This document shows, piece after piece, positions 1 to 13,200 of a stretch of 64,000 nucleotides of DNA (position 1 is the first letter of the stretch; each line of letters opens with the position of its first letter). The notes beneath the pieces were generated by a model, which was given only the letters and a program-made list of their open reading frames with translations, did not search any database and was not told the origin of the DNA. Source of the stretch: Podarcis cretensis (Eukaryota); the NCBI GenBank assembly GCA_951804945.1, contig OX638152.1, positions 105,338,001-105,402,000 of the forward strand. The letters run 5' to 3'. A program made the position numbers and the translations under genes.

Positions 1-3000
1 TTCACCCTTGCTAGTATTCCTGTTTCTGTGGGAGCTTGTTCTAAAAGGGGTGGAAATGGATCAGAACTCCTCGCTCCTGCAATTGCCATGTTGTGCTGCC
101 TTTTAGATTTCATGATTTATAACACAATAACTGTTCCAGATGCATAGTATTACAAAATGTAGTCTATTCTGCAATCATGCAAAAAGGAAATAAACACCCA
201 GAGAGTTTTTCTAGTAGATCTTTTTTTTTTGGGGGGGGGGCGGTTTAACAGTTTGTTCTGAAGACTAAAAAGCATGGAGATTTAAAGAGTTCACAGTTAC
301 AAATGTATGGGGGTAAGGGATTGGGGTTCCCTTTTTAAAACACATCCCAAAAAAATATTTGAACTATTTTAGCACTTTGGCTGTTGTGGTTCCTACTAAA
401 ATTTGAATTTGAGGTATCAACATCAGGTGCACTGATAACTTTCTACACTTGGATTATTTACCACTGTGAAAAGAAAAAGACACAGAAATCCAACACATCA
501 GTTACTTTTCCTTGTGCAGGGAGATTTTTATTTTTCCCCATGGGAAAGAATTCAAACATGAGATTCCTCCACCTGCAGCCTGATGTGATATAGTCCCAGA
601 AAAGCTGTACCGTACCATATGACTGCGACACTTGTGTAGGAAAGGTGAAGAGCCAGCTAATAACGCAGTCGCTTCCTTTTAAAGCCCATGTTATTTGAGG
701 GAAAGAGTATTATTTCACGCTAGCGCCAGCATCTTGAGGCATCCTGGCCTGCTGAGACTATGTGGGTCGAGATTCGCATTCATTTCTGAGGAAGTATTTT
801 TATTTAACTCCCTTAACCTGGGTTTCTAGCACTGGTACATCTGTACCATTGCATGAAATGGAGCAATTCAACGAGCCTTTCCCTATCCTAGCATTTTCAA
901 GCCAAAAATGGAGGAAAGTGACATTTCTGCCCGAGAAAAGACAGGAGAAGCTTCACAGGAGGTATTTAAGCAGGGGCTGGATGGCCAACTGCAGCTCCCA
1001 CACAGAACATGAGGCTGGAGCAGAAGCTCTAAGATTCTGTCCTAAGCTCCAGGATGGAGGTTTCCATTACTAGCTGCAGATTGGAAGTAGCTCCTCAACT
1101 TGTACCCAAGGAGCCTCATACCCACAACCCACAGAAATCAGTCACCTACCACTTGATTCAAATATCTTTTTCGAGAACATGTAACGCCAGGGGCACTATT
1201 ACTTATGGCCTAAACCTTGGAGCCCCTGATTTTCCCAGGTGGAAAAAAAGGAGGGAAAATTTAGTCTGCTGACTCCATAATCCCCTCTGCCACACCATGT
1301 TACAGATCCTGCAGTTAGTTCCCATCCATGGTTAGCATTTTATTACATATATACAGAAACCACAGAACACCTTTTTAAGGGAGGAAATTCCTCTTTCAGT
1401 TTTATATAAATTTCAGGACAAAAAGATATTATGCAGTATTACAATGTAAAAAAGGAAAACAAGTCATGTTTGCCAACTGGGATTTTACACTACATTAAAA
1501 TCTTTAATGATTCAGCACCATCAATACATGTGTTATTTGCTCTAGATGGATAATTACATGGTTTTAGCAAAATATAATTCTCTAAGATTTAAGTAACTAT
1601 TACACTAGATAAAAATGGTTTTGGAGAGGGTGGGTTTTAGAGGGCTTGGTATTCTAATTACTCCATTTTACATTTTTAAGACAGACATGATCTAGACAAA
1701 TGCCACTAGGAAAAAAAATATCCATTTTAAATGCATGAATTATAAATCAAATTACCTTCCGTTCTGCCCTAACCTGATATTCTTCCTCCAAGTGTCACTT
1801 TTTGTTAAAATCAATTTCAAATTTTGAGTATTGCTCAGCTCACCTAATTGATAGCAACACACATTCATGATAAGCATAAAATGAAATTGTTTCTGTAATA
1901 CAACTCAATAGTAGGAATTGAAGAATCGTTCAGTGACCTTGCAAGGAGGTTTGTAGTTATTAAAAGACATAACTCTGCTGGATCAGTGACTGCAGTATTT
2001 GGGTCTAAGGCTTGCCAGATATCAGCACCCCAGCCTCAGCAGAGCAATTGGAGATTAGGCCATCATAATGACGTACCAGGGAAGTGTGGATGGCAATCTA
2101 TTATATGGGCGGGGGGGGGCATGCTGGAGGCCCACAGGATTCCTTTTGGTGGAGACAGCTTCTGCTCTCCCCTCAACATTGGTTCCAAGAGCCGCACTCC
2201 CCACCCCCAGAAATGAACAACAGCCTATTCACCTACATAGGAACTTGAAACACGAGCCATTCAGCGACACCATTCGAGTGGGAGTTCAAAATGCGTATGG
2301 GCACATTTTGTGTTCTGTTTCTTGGTGACACTGGAGTGTGACGAAGTGTAACTTGCAGCAGGACAGAATGTAGGGGAGTGGCCTTCTGAAGCCCAATTCC
2401 ACACATGTTTACTCAGAAATAAATCCCCTTAATGTCAATGGATCTTACTCCACATATGTTTGCATAGGATTGCTGCGAGCGGCAGAAAGACAAAAAAGAG
2501 CAGCAACCTTAAGTATATGAAATCATGCAGAAATGAAAATCTCAAACCCATTATAATTTCTTTTCAGTGCACCAAGAGCAAGAGAGCAACCTTCCCCATT
2601 AAGCCTGGAACATAAATGAGTCTCTGTCACTTCTGATACACTTAGATCATTCCCCTGTGACTCAGAACAGCATCTTAGAAGCAACCCGGGACAAAACATA
2701 CAACACTGGCAACGTGCTTAGCAGCCATTATCCAGAGCCTGCACAAGGTTGTTTTGTCATAGGCAAACATCATTCCACAACTACCACTATTTGTACACAG
2801 AAGAAAACAACCCCAGGTCAAGTCCTGTTCCATAGGGCTTAGACCCAATCTACTCATCATGCAGAATAAATGAAGGGGTGGAACTTTGAAATGTACCGCT
2901 TCAAAGTTTAGGTGAGGGTAGGTCATGCTTTTTATGCTCCCTGCATGTAATAGACCAGCACATCAACAAGAGCTGAATCCCAATGTATATAGTATTTTAC

Positions 3001-4812
3001 TACCATGCAGAGACCTTGCATAAAACAGTGTTTGAAAAAAATATGACACCCCCCCACACCTGCAAACTGAAGTGGAACAATCTAGAATGCAACAACTTCA
3101 TTCTGAATTAGGTGTAGATTGAGACACACCCCAGTGAAGTCCTCAGGTTTCAGCAAAACTGAGCTTAAACGTAAGCCTCCTGGTCCAGGCTATTGAGATG
3201 CCATCTATAGCCCACTGGCTCGACAACAGCCCTCTCAAATAAGAAGGGCATGATTTGGAAATACTGAGACCCTGGGAGATGACTTCCATAGAATCATTAT
3301 TCCAAACCAATTAGAATCATTATTCCAAATCTTCCTCCTTGAAGAAACTAATTTCCTTCTCTGAATTAAAACCAATAACCAATGCACAACATTCCACACT
3401 CGTTTGAGTGGCATGCAACCCACCCCAAGATGAGCATGTTTAAATTAGTCATTACAGGTAGACAGTTGTGCATGTGCTTCAGTCTCTACTAGACTTTAAA
3501 AGTAATTAATTTTGGCTGGATCATTGCCATTCCACAAACATCTGCCATCAGTTTCAGGTAAAAGCATAATGTAGCCCCACATGTACTTGCACCATAAAAA
3601 TTAAACCATTTCAGAGCAGATTTACACATACATGTACGCTACTAGACAGTTCAGCGGTGCAACCCTTGATAAATGCTGGCTGAATGGATGAACTGACTCC
3701 ACTGAAAAGCACTATAGTCAAGAGAATGTACAATATTAAAATGTTATCCATTGTATTCAAACTCTGATGGTCCATTCATACATGCAAGTCACCATTTGAT
3801 TTGCTGCCATCAAATGAGGAGCACGCATGCCTGCAGGGTCAGCCTGAAGTCCTTGGCTACAAGGCAAAAATCAAAATGTTGATTCATGCCAAGAATAAAT
3901 ATTGTGCTTTCACTTCCTTTTTATTTATTTGTTTGTATATTTGAATCCCATGAAGTGGAGCTAAACATATAAATTAAACATACACGCAGCTAAACATATA
4001 TTCTCAATCCAGTTGAAGTTAAGCACAATCTGAGCCAACAGGGGGTGGGGGGCGGGTAACGGCACGTGGCTAAAACCTTTTCTGTGGAATTTCAAAGTGT
4101 TTAACTTTCATCAGATAGTAGCAATCTAGCAAATCTCACTGCAGAATTTATGTCTCTTTTAACTGCTTAGTTCTTTTGGTCATGAAGAAAAAGTGGCAAG
4201 GGCACACAGTACTCTTATGTCAAAAATAAATATTATGTGTACAGTATATCTCTGTGTACAGATATATTTAATAGGACATTCTAAACATGAAAACATACAT
4301 TTGCAAACAGAATTCACCTTGACATACACAAATGGAGAGCTACATTCACTGCATCTGCAAATTTCCTCGAATCAAACCCCATATGTGTAGATATATTTTT
4401 TATTAAACTGAACAATATCTACCATCTCCACTTAGCAGTGAGGGATGGGCCTTCCCATTTTCCCTGGGAATATTACAGTGAAACCTCAGACAAAGCCCCT
4501 CTGCTGGCCAATTTCCAGTTCTGAGAAACCTGATCAAACATAGTGGTTCTTAGGTGTAAATGTGCACCAGTTTCACAGTACCGTAATGCTTCATGGGTGT
4601 GCCATTTTTTTTTTTTTATTTTGCTGACCTAACTTCCAATCAACCTGCTACCGATGAACTGAAACAAGAATCAGGCCCAAATGCAGTCAGGTTTTTGAAC
4701 CCTGGGCCAACCCATCTTGGGGGATGCCTGGAGAGAGGCCTCTCAGCAGGTTTCACTGCAGACCTAAAATGCAACTGGGCAGTGAGGGAGTTTCGGGTGA
4801 TTTCTAAAAGTC

Positions 4813-4821
4813 TCCTACCTG
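4813..4821 (-). other. PCDH17: Splice donor of PCDH17 exon 1; intron 1 runs off the left edge of the window
   Basis: Minus strand reads CAG|GTAGGA directly after MSIIQ. I found no match to the expected next exon (TDNFPAEPNY...) in 1-4800. Confidence 0.85.
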
Positions 4822-7419
4822 AATTATGGACATCCGGCTCGGGGGAGCCTCACTGACGTTAGTCCCTTGCCCTGTGAAGCTGGTGTGGCACCCCACATGC
4901 CCCTGCGGCACAGTCAGGTTGTTGGAGGCAGGTTTCAGGTACATCACCTCCGACCTGGGCGAGCTCAGGGGCAGCCGGGTCTGGTAGTCAAAGTACATGG
5001 GGGACGTGGCCAAGGAGGGGCTGCTGACCACGTTCATGACATTGAGGGGCCCCCGGCTGTCCTCCCCTTCACTGGGCACGAGCATAATGTCGTTCTTGCT
5101 AATCTTCTTCTTCTTGCCCTTGCTCCCGCCGCTGCCTCCGCCCCCACCTCCGCCACCACCCCCTCCACCCAGCTGGGGGTGGCTGTACTCAGCAATGCGG
5201 CAGTTGTAGGTGCGGATCTCCTTGTTCTCCCGCTTGCACTTCACGGCAATGGTGATCATAGCAGCCAGGAGGATGATGGAAACGGTGCTCAGGGTGACGA
5301 TCAGAGGCAGGGACAGGTCCCAGTGGGGTCGCCTGTGCTGCTCGCCATTCACCTGGGGCTCACCTGCTTCAGGCAGAGGTCCAGCCAAGGCCCGCACAAT
5401 CAGCTTGGCCACTGCGGAAAGGCTGGGCTTTCCGTGGTCACTGACCTTGACCACCAGCTCAGCCACAGGGCTCAGCTCTTCCCAGTAAGGGTGCAGTGTG
5501 CGGATCTCCCCACTGGTTGGGTCCATCTCAAAGAGGTGCTCCTCATTGCCTTCCACAATCTCGTAGGTGAGGCGCCCACTTTCCCCAAAATCGCTGTCCA
5601 TGGCACGGACAGTGCCCACAGGATACCCAACGCCAGCGTTCCGCGGGACCTGGAGCTCGGCGGTGTCATTGATGAGGGCTGGCAAGACAATGAGAGGAGC
5701 GTTGTCGTTGACATCGAGGACAGTGACGCGGACGGTGGCGTTGCTCTCTCGGTGGGGGGAGCCAGAGTCTTTGGCCAACACATGGAACTCAAAGTGCTTG
5801 GTCTGCTCGTAGTTGAAGCTACGCAAGGCATAGATGGCGCCATTGGTGGGGTTGACGGAGACATAGGTGTAGATGGAGACGTCACCCACGTGCCCTGGCA
5901 GGATGGAGTAGGACACTGTGCCGTTCTGCCCCAGGTCTGGGTCCTTGGCCAGCACAGAGCCCAGGTACTCCCCGGGGATGTTGTTCTCAGGGACCTGCAG
6001 CACGTAGAGGCTCTTACTGAAGCGGGGAGGGTTGTCGTTCTCGTCCAGGATCCTGACAGAGAAGGATTTGGTGGAGTTGAGTGGAGGGCTGCCCCCGTCT
6101 CTCGCCAGGATGGTGACATTGTACTCGTCCTGCACCTCTCTGTCCAAAGGCCGGTCTGTCACCACGGTGTACAAGTTGTCATAGTTCTCCTCCAGGGTGA
6201 AGGGCACGGCCCCGTCCCCGCCGCTGCCATCCCCTTGCACCCGGCACTGCAGCTGCCCGTTTTTGCCCGAGTCACGATCCGTCACTCTCACCAGGGCGAT
6301 AACGGTGCCCGGAGGAGCCGCCTCGCTCAGCGCCCCTTGGCGCACCGAGACGAAGCCGATGGTGGGCGCGTTGTCGTTGCGGTCGACGAGGCGCACGGTG
6401 ACTTTGCAGTGGGCCGGGATGGGGTTGGGCCCCAGGTCGCGCGCCTGCACGTCGATCTCAACGAGGCCGCCCTCCTCGTAGTCCAGGTTGCCCTTGACGC
6501 GGATCAGGCCCGTCTGCGGGTCGATGCTGAAGAGCTCGCGGACCCGCTCGGGCGCGTAGCCGCTGAACGAGTAGAGCACCTCGCCGTTGGTGCCCTCGTC
6601 GGCGTCGGTGGCGTTGAGGTCGATGACGGCCGTGCCCAGCGGCGCGTTTTCGGGCAGCTCCACCACGTAGGAGGCGGCCTCGAAGACGGGGCTGTTGTCG
6701 TTGGAGTCGATGAGGCGCACGTTGAGCTGCACGGTGCCCGAGCGCGGAGGGTCGCCGCCGTCGAGCGCCGTCAGCACGAGCGTGTGGTGGCTCTGCTCCT
6801 CGCGGTCGAGCGGCTTCTGCACCACCAGCTCGGGGAACTTGGTGCCGTCGCCGCGGGCCTTGACGTCGAGCGAGAAGAGGCTGTAGTCGTCGCGGGTGAG
6901 CACGTAGGTGCGCAGCCCGTTCTCGCCGGCGTCCGGGTCGTGGGCGCTGGCCAGCGGGAAGCGGGTGCCCGGCGCCGCGTTCTCGGAGATGTCCAGGTCC
7001 ACCTGGTCCGACGGGAAGGCGGGCGCGTTGTCGTTCAGGTCCTGGATCTCCACCTTGATCATGCAGATCTCCTGGTCGTTGGCGAACACCTCGAGCGACA
7101 GCTGACACTTGGCGCTCCGCCGGCACAGCGCCTCGCGGTCCAGGCGCTGCTTGGTGTACAGCAAGCCGCTCTCGCCGTCCACGTCCAGCAGGTGCGGCGC
7201 CGAGTTCTCCAGCACGCGGAAGGTGGACTTGGCGCCGCGGGCGCGCTCCAGGGACGGCAACCCGCCGCCCGCGCCGGGCTGCAGCCGGGCATCGCGGCCG
7301 ATGTTGCCGATCACCGTGCCGGCGCCCTGCTCCTCGGGCACCGAGTAGTTCAGGTTCTTGAGCGTCAGGGCAGGCAGAGCCCAGCACAGCAGCAGGCAGC
7401 AGGCCGAAAGGGGCCACAT
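4819..7419 (-). CDS. PCDH17: Protocadherin-17, first coding exon: signal peptide, six cadherin repeats, transmembrane helix and start of the cytoplasmic tail; downstream exons are outside the window
   Basis: The 867-codon frame starts MWPLSACCLLLCWALPALTLKNLNYSVPEEQGAGTVIGNIG. It has repeated DxNDN/LDRE/AxD cadherin motifs, a TM segment LPLIVTLSTVSIILLAAMITIAV and a tail KCKRENKEIRTYNCRIAEYSHPQ...RMSIIQ that matches PCDH17 as I recall it. The exon ends at ATT CAG|GTAGGA (GT at 4818-4817), a phase-0 donor. Confidence 0.96.
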
Positions 7420-8590
7420 CCCCGGGCGCGCCCACCAAGCCCCCGACGAGGCCGCCCGCTCTGCCGTCGCTCCCCGCGGCCGGGAGTCGCGCCCGCCGCC
7501 TCGCTGCGCCCCGGCTCGCCGCCGCCGCCGCCGCCGCCTCGCTCAAGTTCCAGGACCTGTTGCTCGCCAAGATCCGCGCAGACCCGCCAGCCCCACCATG
7601 GGGGCAGCGCGCCGGCGGGTCCCCCTGGCTGCCTCCAACTTCGGGGTGCGGGGCGCGAGCGGGGCCGAGAGAATAATTCAGAAGCACGCAGCTCCTTTTC
7701 CGGACCCGAAGCAGAAATCTCCTCAAATGCAGGGACTTGAGGGCGCGAGGGCGCGCGTGTTCCTCGCTCCCAGGCGCCTGGCCCAGAAGCGCAGCCCCGC
7801 CAGCGCGGCCGGGGAGGGGCGAGCAGCCGCCGGGCGGGCGGGCGGGGGGGGGGGCCGCAGTCGCTCGGCCAAGACTTGCGGGGGGGGGGGGCGGCGGGGA
7901 AGCGACGCCTGACGGCTCCGGCGGCCGGGTTTCCTCAGCGAGCCTCTTGCTGCAGTCGCCGATGAAATCTCGCCGGCTGGGCTGCTGCCGAGCGCCGCAT
8001 CTCTCCGGCTGGACCCGCCGCCCGCTTGGCCGCCTCCTGCGGCGCCAGCAAGAATGTTCTCCGTGGGAGGGGAGGCAAAGCGCGGTGTCCAGAAGCCCCC
8101 GAAAGAGCCGGGTCTCTGCAGGTTTGTAGGTCCTGCACACCAGATCCTCCTCCGGGAGGAAGGGGGAGAGAAAGAGGATTCCGAGCCCGACAGAGCCGCT
8201 CCTCCTCCGGATCTGCAGTGGGTCTCTCGGCAAACGAGACGGGGAGGGGGGTCGGTTAAAAAAAGAAAAAATCAGCCGCCGGCCCCGTCAGAGGCACGCC
8301 GGGGGTTGCTGCGCCTGGGAGATCGGGAGGAGCCGCCGCCGCTGCTGCTCGTGGCGCCTCCGCCGCCGCCACCGCGACCAGCCCCTCGCCCGCCCGCCCG
8401 CCCGCCCGCCTCTCGCTGCTGCCTCTGTGCGTGTCTGCGAGAGCTCTGCACTTTCCTCGCTGCAGTTTAATTTCAGTTTGCCTGCCTCGCTCTCTGTCTT
8501 GGCCGTCAAGAGGAAATCAACAGGCAACTCATGGCTGGGCGCATAGAATGGAAGGGGGGAGGGGGGAAGCGAGAGGTGGGCGCTGGGTGG

Positions 8591-8630
<40 letters not shown>
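8591..8630. repeat. (GT)n(GA)n microsatellite upstream of PCDH17
   Basis: Read directly from the sequence. Confidence 0.95.
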
Positions 8631-8631
<1 letters not shown>

Positions 8632-10129
8632 GCGCACACGAAGTCTCTCCCTAAAAGGGGAAACAGCCTTTGCATTCACGAGGCAGCGCCTTCAATCGCC
8701 CCTCTTTTCTTCCTCGCGCCTCCATCACCTCCCCACCGCAAATGCCACTTTTGTCCTCTTCACCGAGTAGAGCTCACACAGCTTGGCTAAAAAAAATATT
8801 TTCGAATCCTTTTATTTAAAAAAAAAATGCTCTCAGAAACTGGGAGGGAAAATCCTGAGGCTGCAGCAGCCAGCAGCTTCGGTGCATTTTCACAAGCTTT
8901 TTAAAGAAATACGTGTCTGTGGAGAGACAGCAAAATGGGGAGAGATTTTTAAGGGGGGTGGAGTTGGCTGGCGGGAGCGGGGGTTATTGCTGGTGGATGA
9001 AGGGTCTTCAAAACAAACACGCGCACAACTCCCTCCCTTGGACGGGATGTCAGGATTTCACAGAACAGTCTTTACTCTCTCCCGGCTGTCGTCCATGGAA
9101 GCCAGAGCCAGAACTGCAGGTGTTTCGAAGCGTCTGGGTGAGTCAAAGCTCGCCGAGCAAAAACAGAAAGCACAGAGCACCCAGTCAGTGGCGCCTCACG
9201 TTGCTCCGGGGCAGGCGAGAGTTGCAGCTTCCAGGGCTCTGGACACGCAACACACACCCCCCCCCCGCAGTCCGGGCTGGAGGATGCAATTCTACAGTCT
9301 CAGGAGCGCCGAGTGGGAGCAGGAAAAGAGGCTGCTTTTAAAAATAATGCCATTTGTTGCAATCCACGCAGAGCTGGGGGGAGCCCAGGTGTGGGGAGGG
9401 TGCTGGCCTCGGATCCACTTCTGCTCGCCTCGGCCCCTGGAGGTTGAAGGAGGGTCCGAGAGGCGAGAAGCAGCCTGGAATCCCCACCCCACCTCCGCTG
9501 CTTTTGGATGCAAGGTTGTTGTGCCCCCTTGTTTTCCTGGGTATCACGTGTGATAGAAACACCCAGAGTTCAGATGGAGTGGGGGGGGGGCGGGAGAGAA
9601 ACACGCCGCACGCTCGCACTGCGCACACACGCAATCTGAAAAGCACAGCTCGGGCAAGTTTCGGCACTGCTTGGATGTACGTGAGAAGCAGTTGTCTTCT
9701 CTTGCTGTTATTTTGTATCTCTATGTAAGTCCTGAGGAGGATCGACGGGCCAGGAGCGAATCCTGCAATCCGCTGGAAGGCGAAGGCTGCTTCGGTCGCT
9801 TCCCACGCCTGAAAGCAAAAAATCCTCTCGCGGGTGGGTCAGTGGGTCAAACCCCACGCGCAGCAGGAGGGCGCGCGGAGCCCGCAGCGAGCAAATCCAT
9901 CCCGCTTCGATCCCGCAGCAGGTAACGGCTGGGAAGACCGGAGGCAGATGCAACAGTTGGATGTAGCCGAGGAGGAGGAGGAGGAGGAGGATCGGCAGTG
10001 GCGCCTCCCCCTCCTCCCTTTCTGCAGCATTCGCCGGATGCGGCAGCCGCGCAGCCCCGCGCTCCCTCCCTCCCTCCCTCGCGCTCGCTCGCTCTCTCTC
10101 TCGCGCGCGGGCTCCCGCCTCCGTCTTGC

Positions 10130-10275
10130 CGACTGACTCTAGTCACCTCACGCCGCCGCTTAAACATTGATACTGATTTCTCGCCAGCCAATGGCGAAGG
10201 AGGCCGAGGGGCCGGCCTCCAATGAGGGGCGAGTGCCGGGCTGCCGCGGGGCGGGGCCAACCCCCCCCCCGCTTC
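10130..10275. promoter_or_regulatory. Candidate core promoter cluster: two CCAAT boxes and a GC box
   Basis: GCCAGCCAATGGCG (~10183-10196), CTCCAATGAG (~10217-10226) and GGGGCGGGGC (~10248-10257) lie close together inside the CpG island. Confidence 0.5.
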
Positions 10276-13200
10276 GCTGTCATTGATGAGAAGGGAGTCG
10301 GAGGGAAGAAGCCGGAGCGGAAAGCGGGACGGGGCGCCGCCGCCGCCGCCGCCTCTTTCGCGGGCGACGCGGCGTCTCCTTCTGCTCCGGGGGCTTTTTC
10401 TAGGGGGTGCGCCTCACGGTGTATGCAGCTCCCCCTCCCTTTCGCAGGGTCCACGTGCAGCCAGATTCGTCCACGTTCGCCTCCGGATTTGCCATTTCCA
10501 AGAAACGCATGAGAAAACACAGCGCAAACCTGTTGCCAGTTTGCAACGCGCAGCACCCCACTGGGCATCTCTCGACAACACCTCTTGCCATCTTTCTTGA
10601 CTGATGGCTGTTGCAAAATAAGGGGGGTGGGATTGAGGTTCCCACGGGTCCTTCTGCCCCCAGCCTAGGGGAAGGTATACTGGCCTGCCCACGCCCTGCA
10701 AGGCGTCCTTTGGAGGAGGCTGGGTGGAGGGGACGCCAGGAGCTCCGCACTCGCTCCCTTGAGAAGCTGCGCGATTCAAGCAGTCGCGCAGTGGACGCGA
10801 GAGTGGCGCTATGGGAAGCACCTTTGGAGAAGGTAGCGGAGAGGTCACTGAACTACTCCCAAGGGTGCCAACGCACCTCGGTCACCCTTTTGCAAAAGCG
10901 CAACAAGGCGAAGATGATCCGATTCAGTCCCGCGCAAAGGGGCGGCACATAAACGCATCCAAAGTCCCCTTTCTCCGCTACTCAAAGAGCGCAATGATTT
11001 GTACCAAGCCAACCCTCCTGAGGTTAAGGCGCGAATTTAAAATATTTTAACCAACTAAAAACTAGGTGCGCTGGGGTCGGCGGGCAGGCAGCGGCGGAGA
11101 CAAGGCTGCAAGTCTGTGGGGTGGCTCCCGAGGCACGCAGCTCTTCGCCAACTTTGGGCACTCTAATTGAAACAAAAGTTTCTGGTCCTCGTTGAGAAGG
11201 GAGGGGAGCTGAGATCCTGTAGACCGGTCTTCGGCACCCTGATCTACAGCTCCTCTTCCTTCTCAATGAGGACCAGAAATAACAGCGGAGAGTTGACTAG
11301 GCGTCGTGTTCCTTCCGGCTCTCCCAGTCCTAGTAGAGGTGTAAACGCACCGGGGCCAAGGCCGCGCTGTTGCTCCCAACTCGTCACTTGCTCTGGAAAT
11401 CTCCGTTCAAGGCACGTCAGGACTGGTTGGGGAAAGAAAGCATTGTGCGCTTGGCCAAGGGCGCTCTCTTCATTATTCCTGCTAAGGCTAAGCCCTGCCC
11501 TGGCATGGAAAGAAGGACTTAAGCCCCTTACACTTGGGATGCCCGTCCCCCCCCCCCAATTCCTCTTTGCCACGCAAGTCTTCAGTAGCGGGAGGGGAAT
11601 CCGCACACCACCGTGCCTTATTGTACCCAGGAAGGGGATTTCCCCAGGTGCACCCTGTCCTCCACCAGGACTAAGAGAATGAAAAAAGGTCCAAGGCAAA
11701 AAGGGGAACGCCTCGCTCGCTTTGCCTCCTGCGCGATCTCGAGAGAAGCAAACCCGGCAGCAGAGGAGGGCTGGAAGAGAAGGCGGGGAGGCGCGCAGGG
11801 TCGCCTTCTGGGCCTCCCTCCCTCCCTCCGCTGTGGTTGGAGGGGTTAGTCGTGAACATCAAACTTTCAGGGAAATAAGGCGCGCAGACTCGCCCTCGCC
11901 CCCTCCAGGAGGCATTTGGGGAAAGGTGAACGTTTTTGATTGCTTAAAGCATTGATCTCGATTCATAAATACTAAAGTCAGGTTGCCATTTATAAATTGT
12001 GAATGACTCCCGCGTGAGAGACTGACATGAATCACTTAAGGATGGAAGGGAGGGAGAGAATATCAGATTGTGAGGGCAATTACAAAAGCCCCTGGAAATT
12101 ATCTAAAGGGCCGGGTTTCTTTCTTTCCTTTTTTCTTCTTTTCTGGGGCTTGGCAGATTTCTCCCGGGATAGCTGCTGGGACTCTTCTCGAGCGACGCTG
12201 TTCATAAATCTCAGTCCGAGACGCGTTTGGGAGGATTTGCATTCCGGTTCCTGTCCTCCTCGAGACGCCTCCCCAGCCAAGCCCCCTCGGCAGCCTGCAA
12301 ATGGGCAGCTAGCCGGGCAGAACGGCGCTGCTGCTGCTGCTGCTGCCTCTGCTCGCCATTATCAAGCCGATGCAGAACTGTGCAAAAAGAAAGGGGGAAA
12401 GGCGCGCGAGCGCGGGGCGGGGGGAGAGAAAAGGGAACAAAACCCACAAAAGCGCATCACGTCCTGCATGCATCCATGCGCTGCGGCTTAAGTAGCATCG
12501 CACTGAGCAGCACCGGAACAGACTGAAACTCAGGATGCGATTGGCTGAGAAAGGATCTCCCAGGATCATAAAAAGATCCTGTGCTGCGCGGTGGGGAATG
12601 CCTCCTGCTGCAGCGCCCACGCCTCTTTCCCTCGCTCAGCCAGTCACGCAACTTTGCAAATTCACAACAACAACAACAACAACAACAACGTCTAGTCAGA
12701 TAAAACTGCGAGCCGCGGGCGGGTGCCCTATCTGCGCTGCTGCTTGCTGTGGTTGCAATGCACCTTGCAAAGTTTGACCGTGCTTTATCTTCTCCATAGG
12801 AAGCGGGGGGGGGGCGCCTTGCGATGAGGCTGTGCCTCCCTCTAGTGCGCAGAGCCAGTAGCACGGCCTTGGGGGCATGTTCGCTGGCAAGGAGCAAAGG
12901 ATGCCCTGGGCCAGGCGCAGCGGGTGGCGCCTCAAAGACTACTGAAACGGGCGGGTGGTGCACGCTCAGTAGTGCTCAGTGGTGCACGCTTATTCGCACC
13001 ACAGAGTGGTTTTAGCTTTTTTTTTTTAAAAAAAAAAGTTAGATGGTCTTTTATTTCTAGAGGTTAGAATGGTACTGAGAAGGAGCAACCCAGTATGTGT
13101 TAATGGCATTGCCAATGTTAGGATGTCTATGTTATCAACAACTGCTTTTCTGCATTTGATATCTCTCTGACGTTGCTGTTTACAGCAGCCACCCCTCCTC

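Larger units (their letters stand above)
6200..13000. promoter_or_regulatory. Large CpG island / GC-rich promoter and 5' region of PCDH17
   Basis: Very high GC and CpG density by eye from mid-exon to ~13 kb, with an abrupt return to AT-rich, CpG-poor sequence after ~13010. Boundaries are approximate. Confidence 0.85.

Noticed and set aside
1511-1527. REST/NRSE-like TTCAGCACCA
   Set aside because: Only the left half-site matches; the GGACAG half is absent.
3289-3329. Short tandem duplications (3289-3329; also 55268-55307)
   Set aside because: Two-copy slippage products with tiny spacers; not CRISPR-like or otherwise structured arrays.
4804-4818. VGDF* as the true PCDH17 C-terminus
   Set aside because: It follows a splice donor and the canonical protein continues in later exons; kept only as a possible isoform.
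4867-7740. 957-aa plus-strand ORF antisense to PCDH17
   Set aside because: It is a codon-register mirror of a very GC3-rich exon, where antisense stops are rare, and shows no recognisable domain.
6458-8233. 591-aa minus-strand alternative-frame ORF overlapping PCDH17
   Set aside because: Arg/Gly/Ala/Pro-rich low-complexity product expected from CpG-island composition; no support for coding.
7358-13015. Many 60-256 aa ORFs across the CpG island, including a perfect-Kozak plus-strand ATG at 7598
   Set aside because: Stop-codon scarcity in GC-rich DNA explains them; no domains are recognisable and most lack an ATG start.
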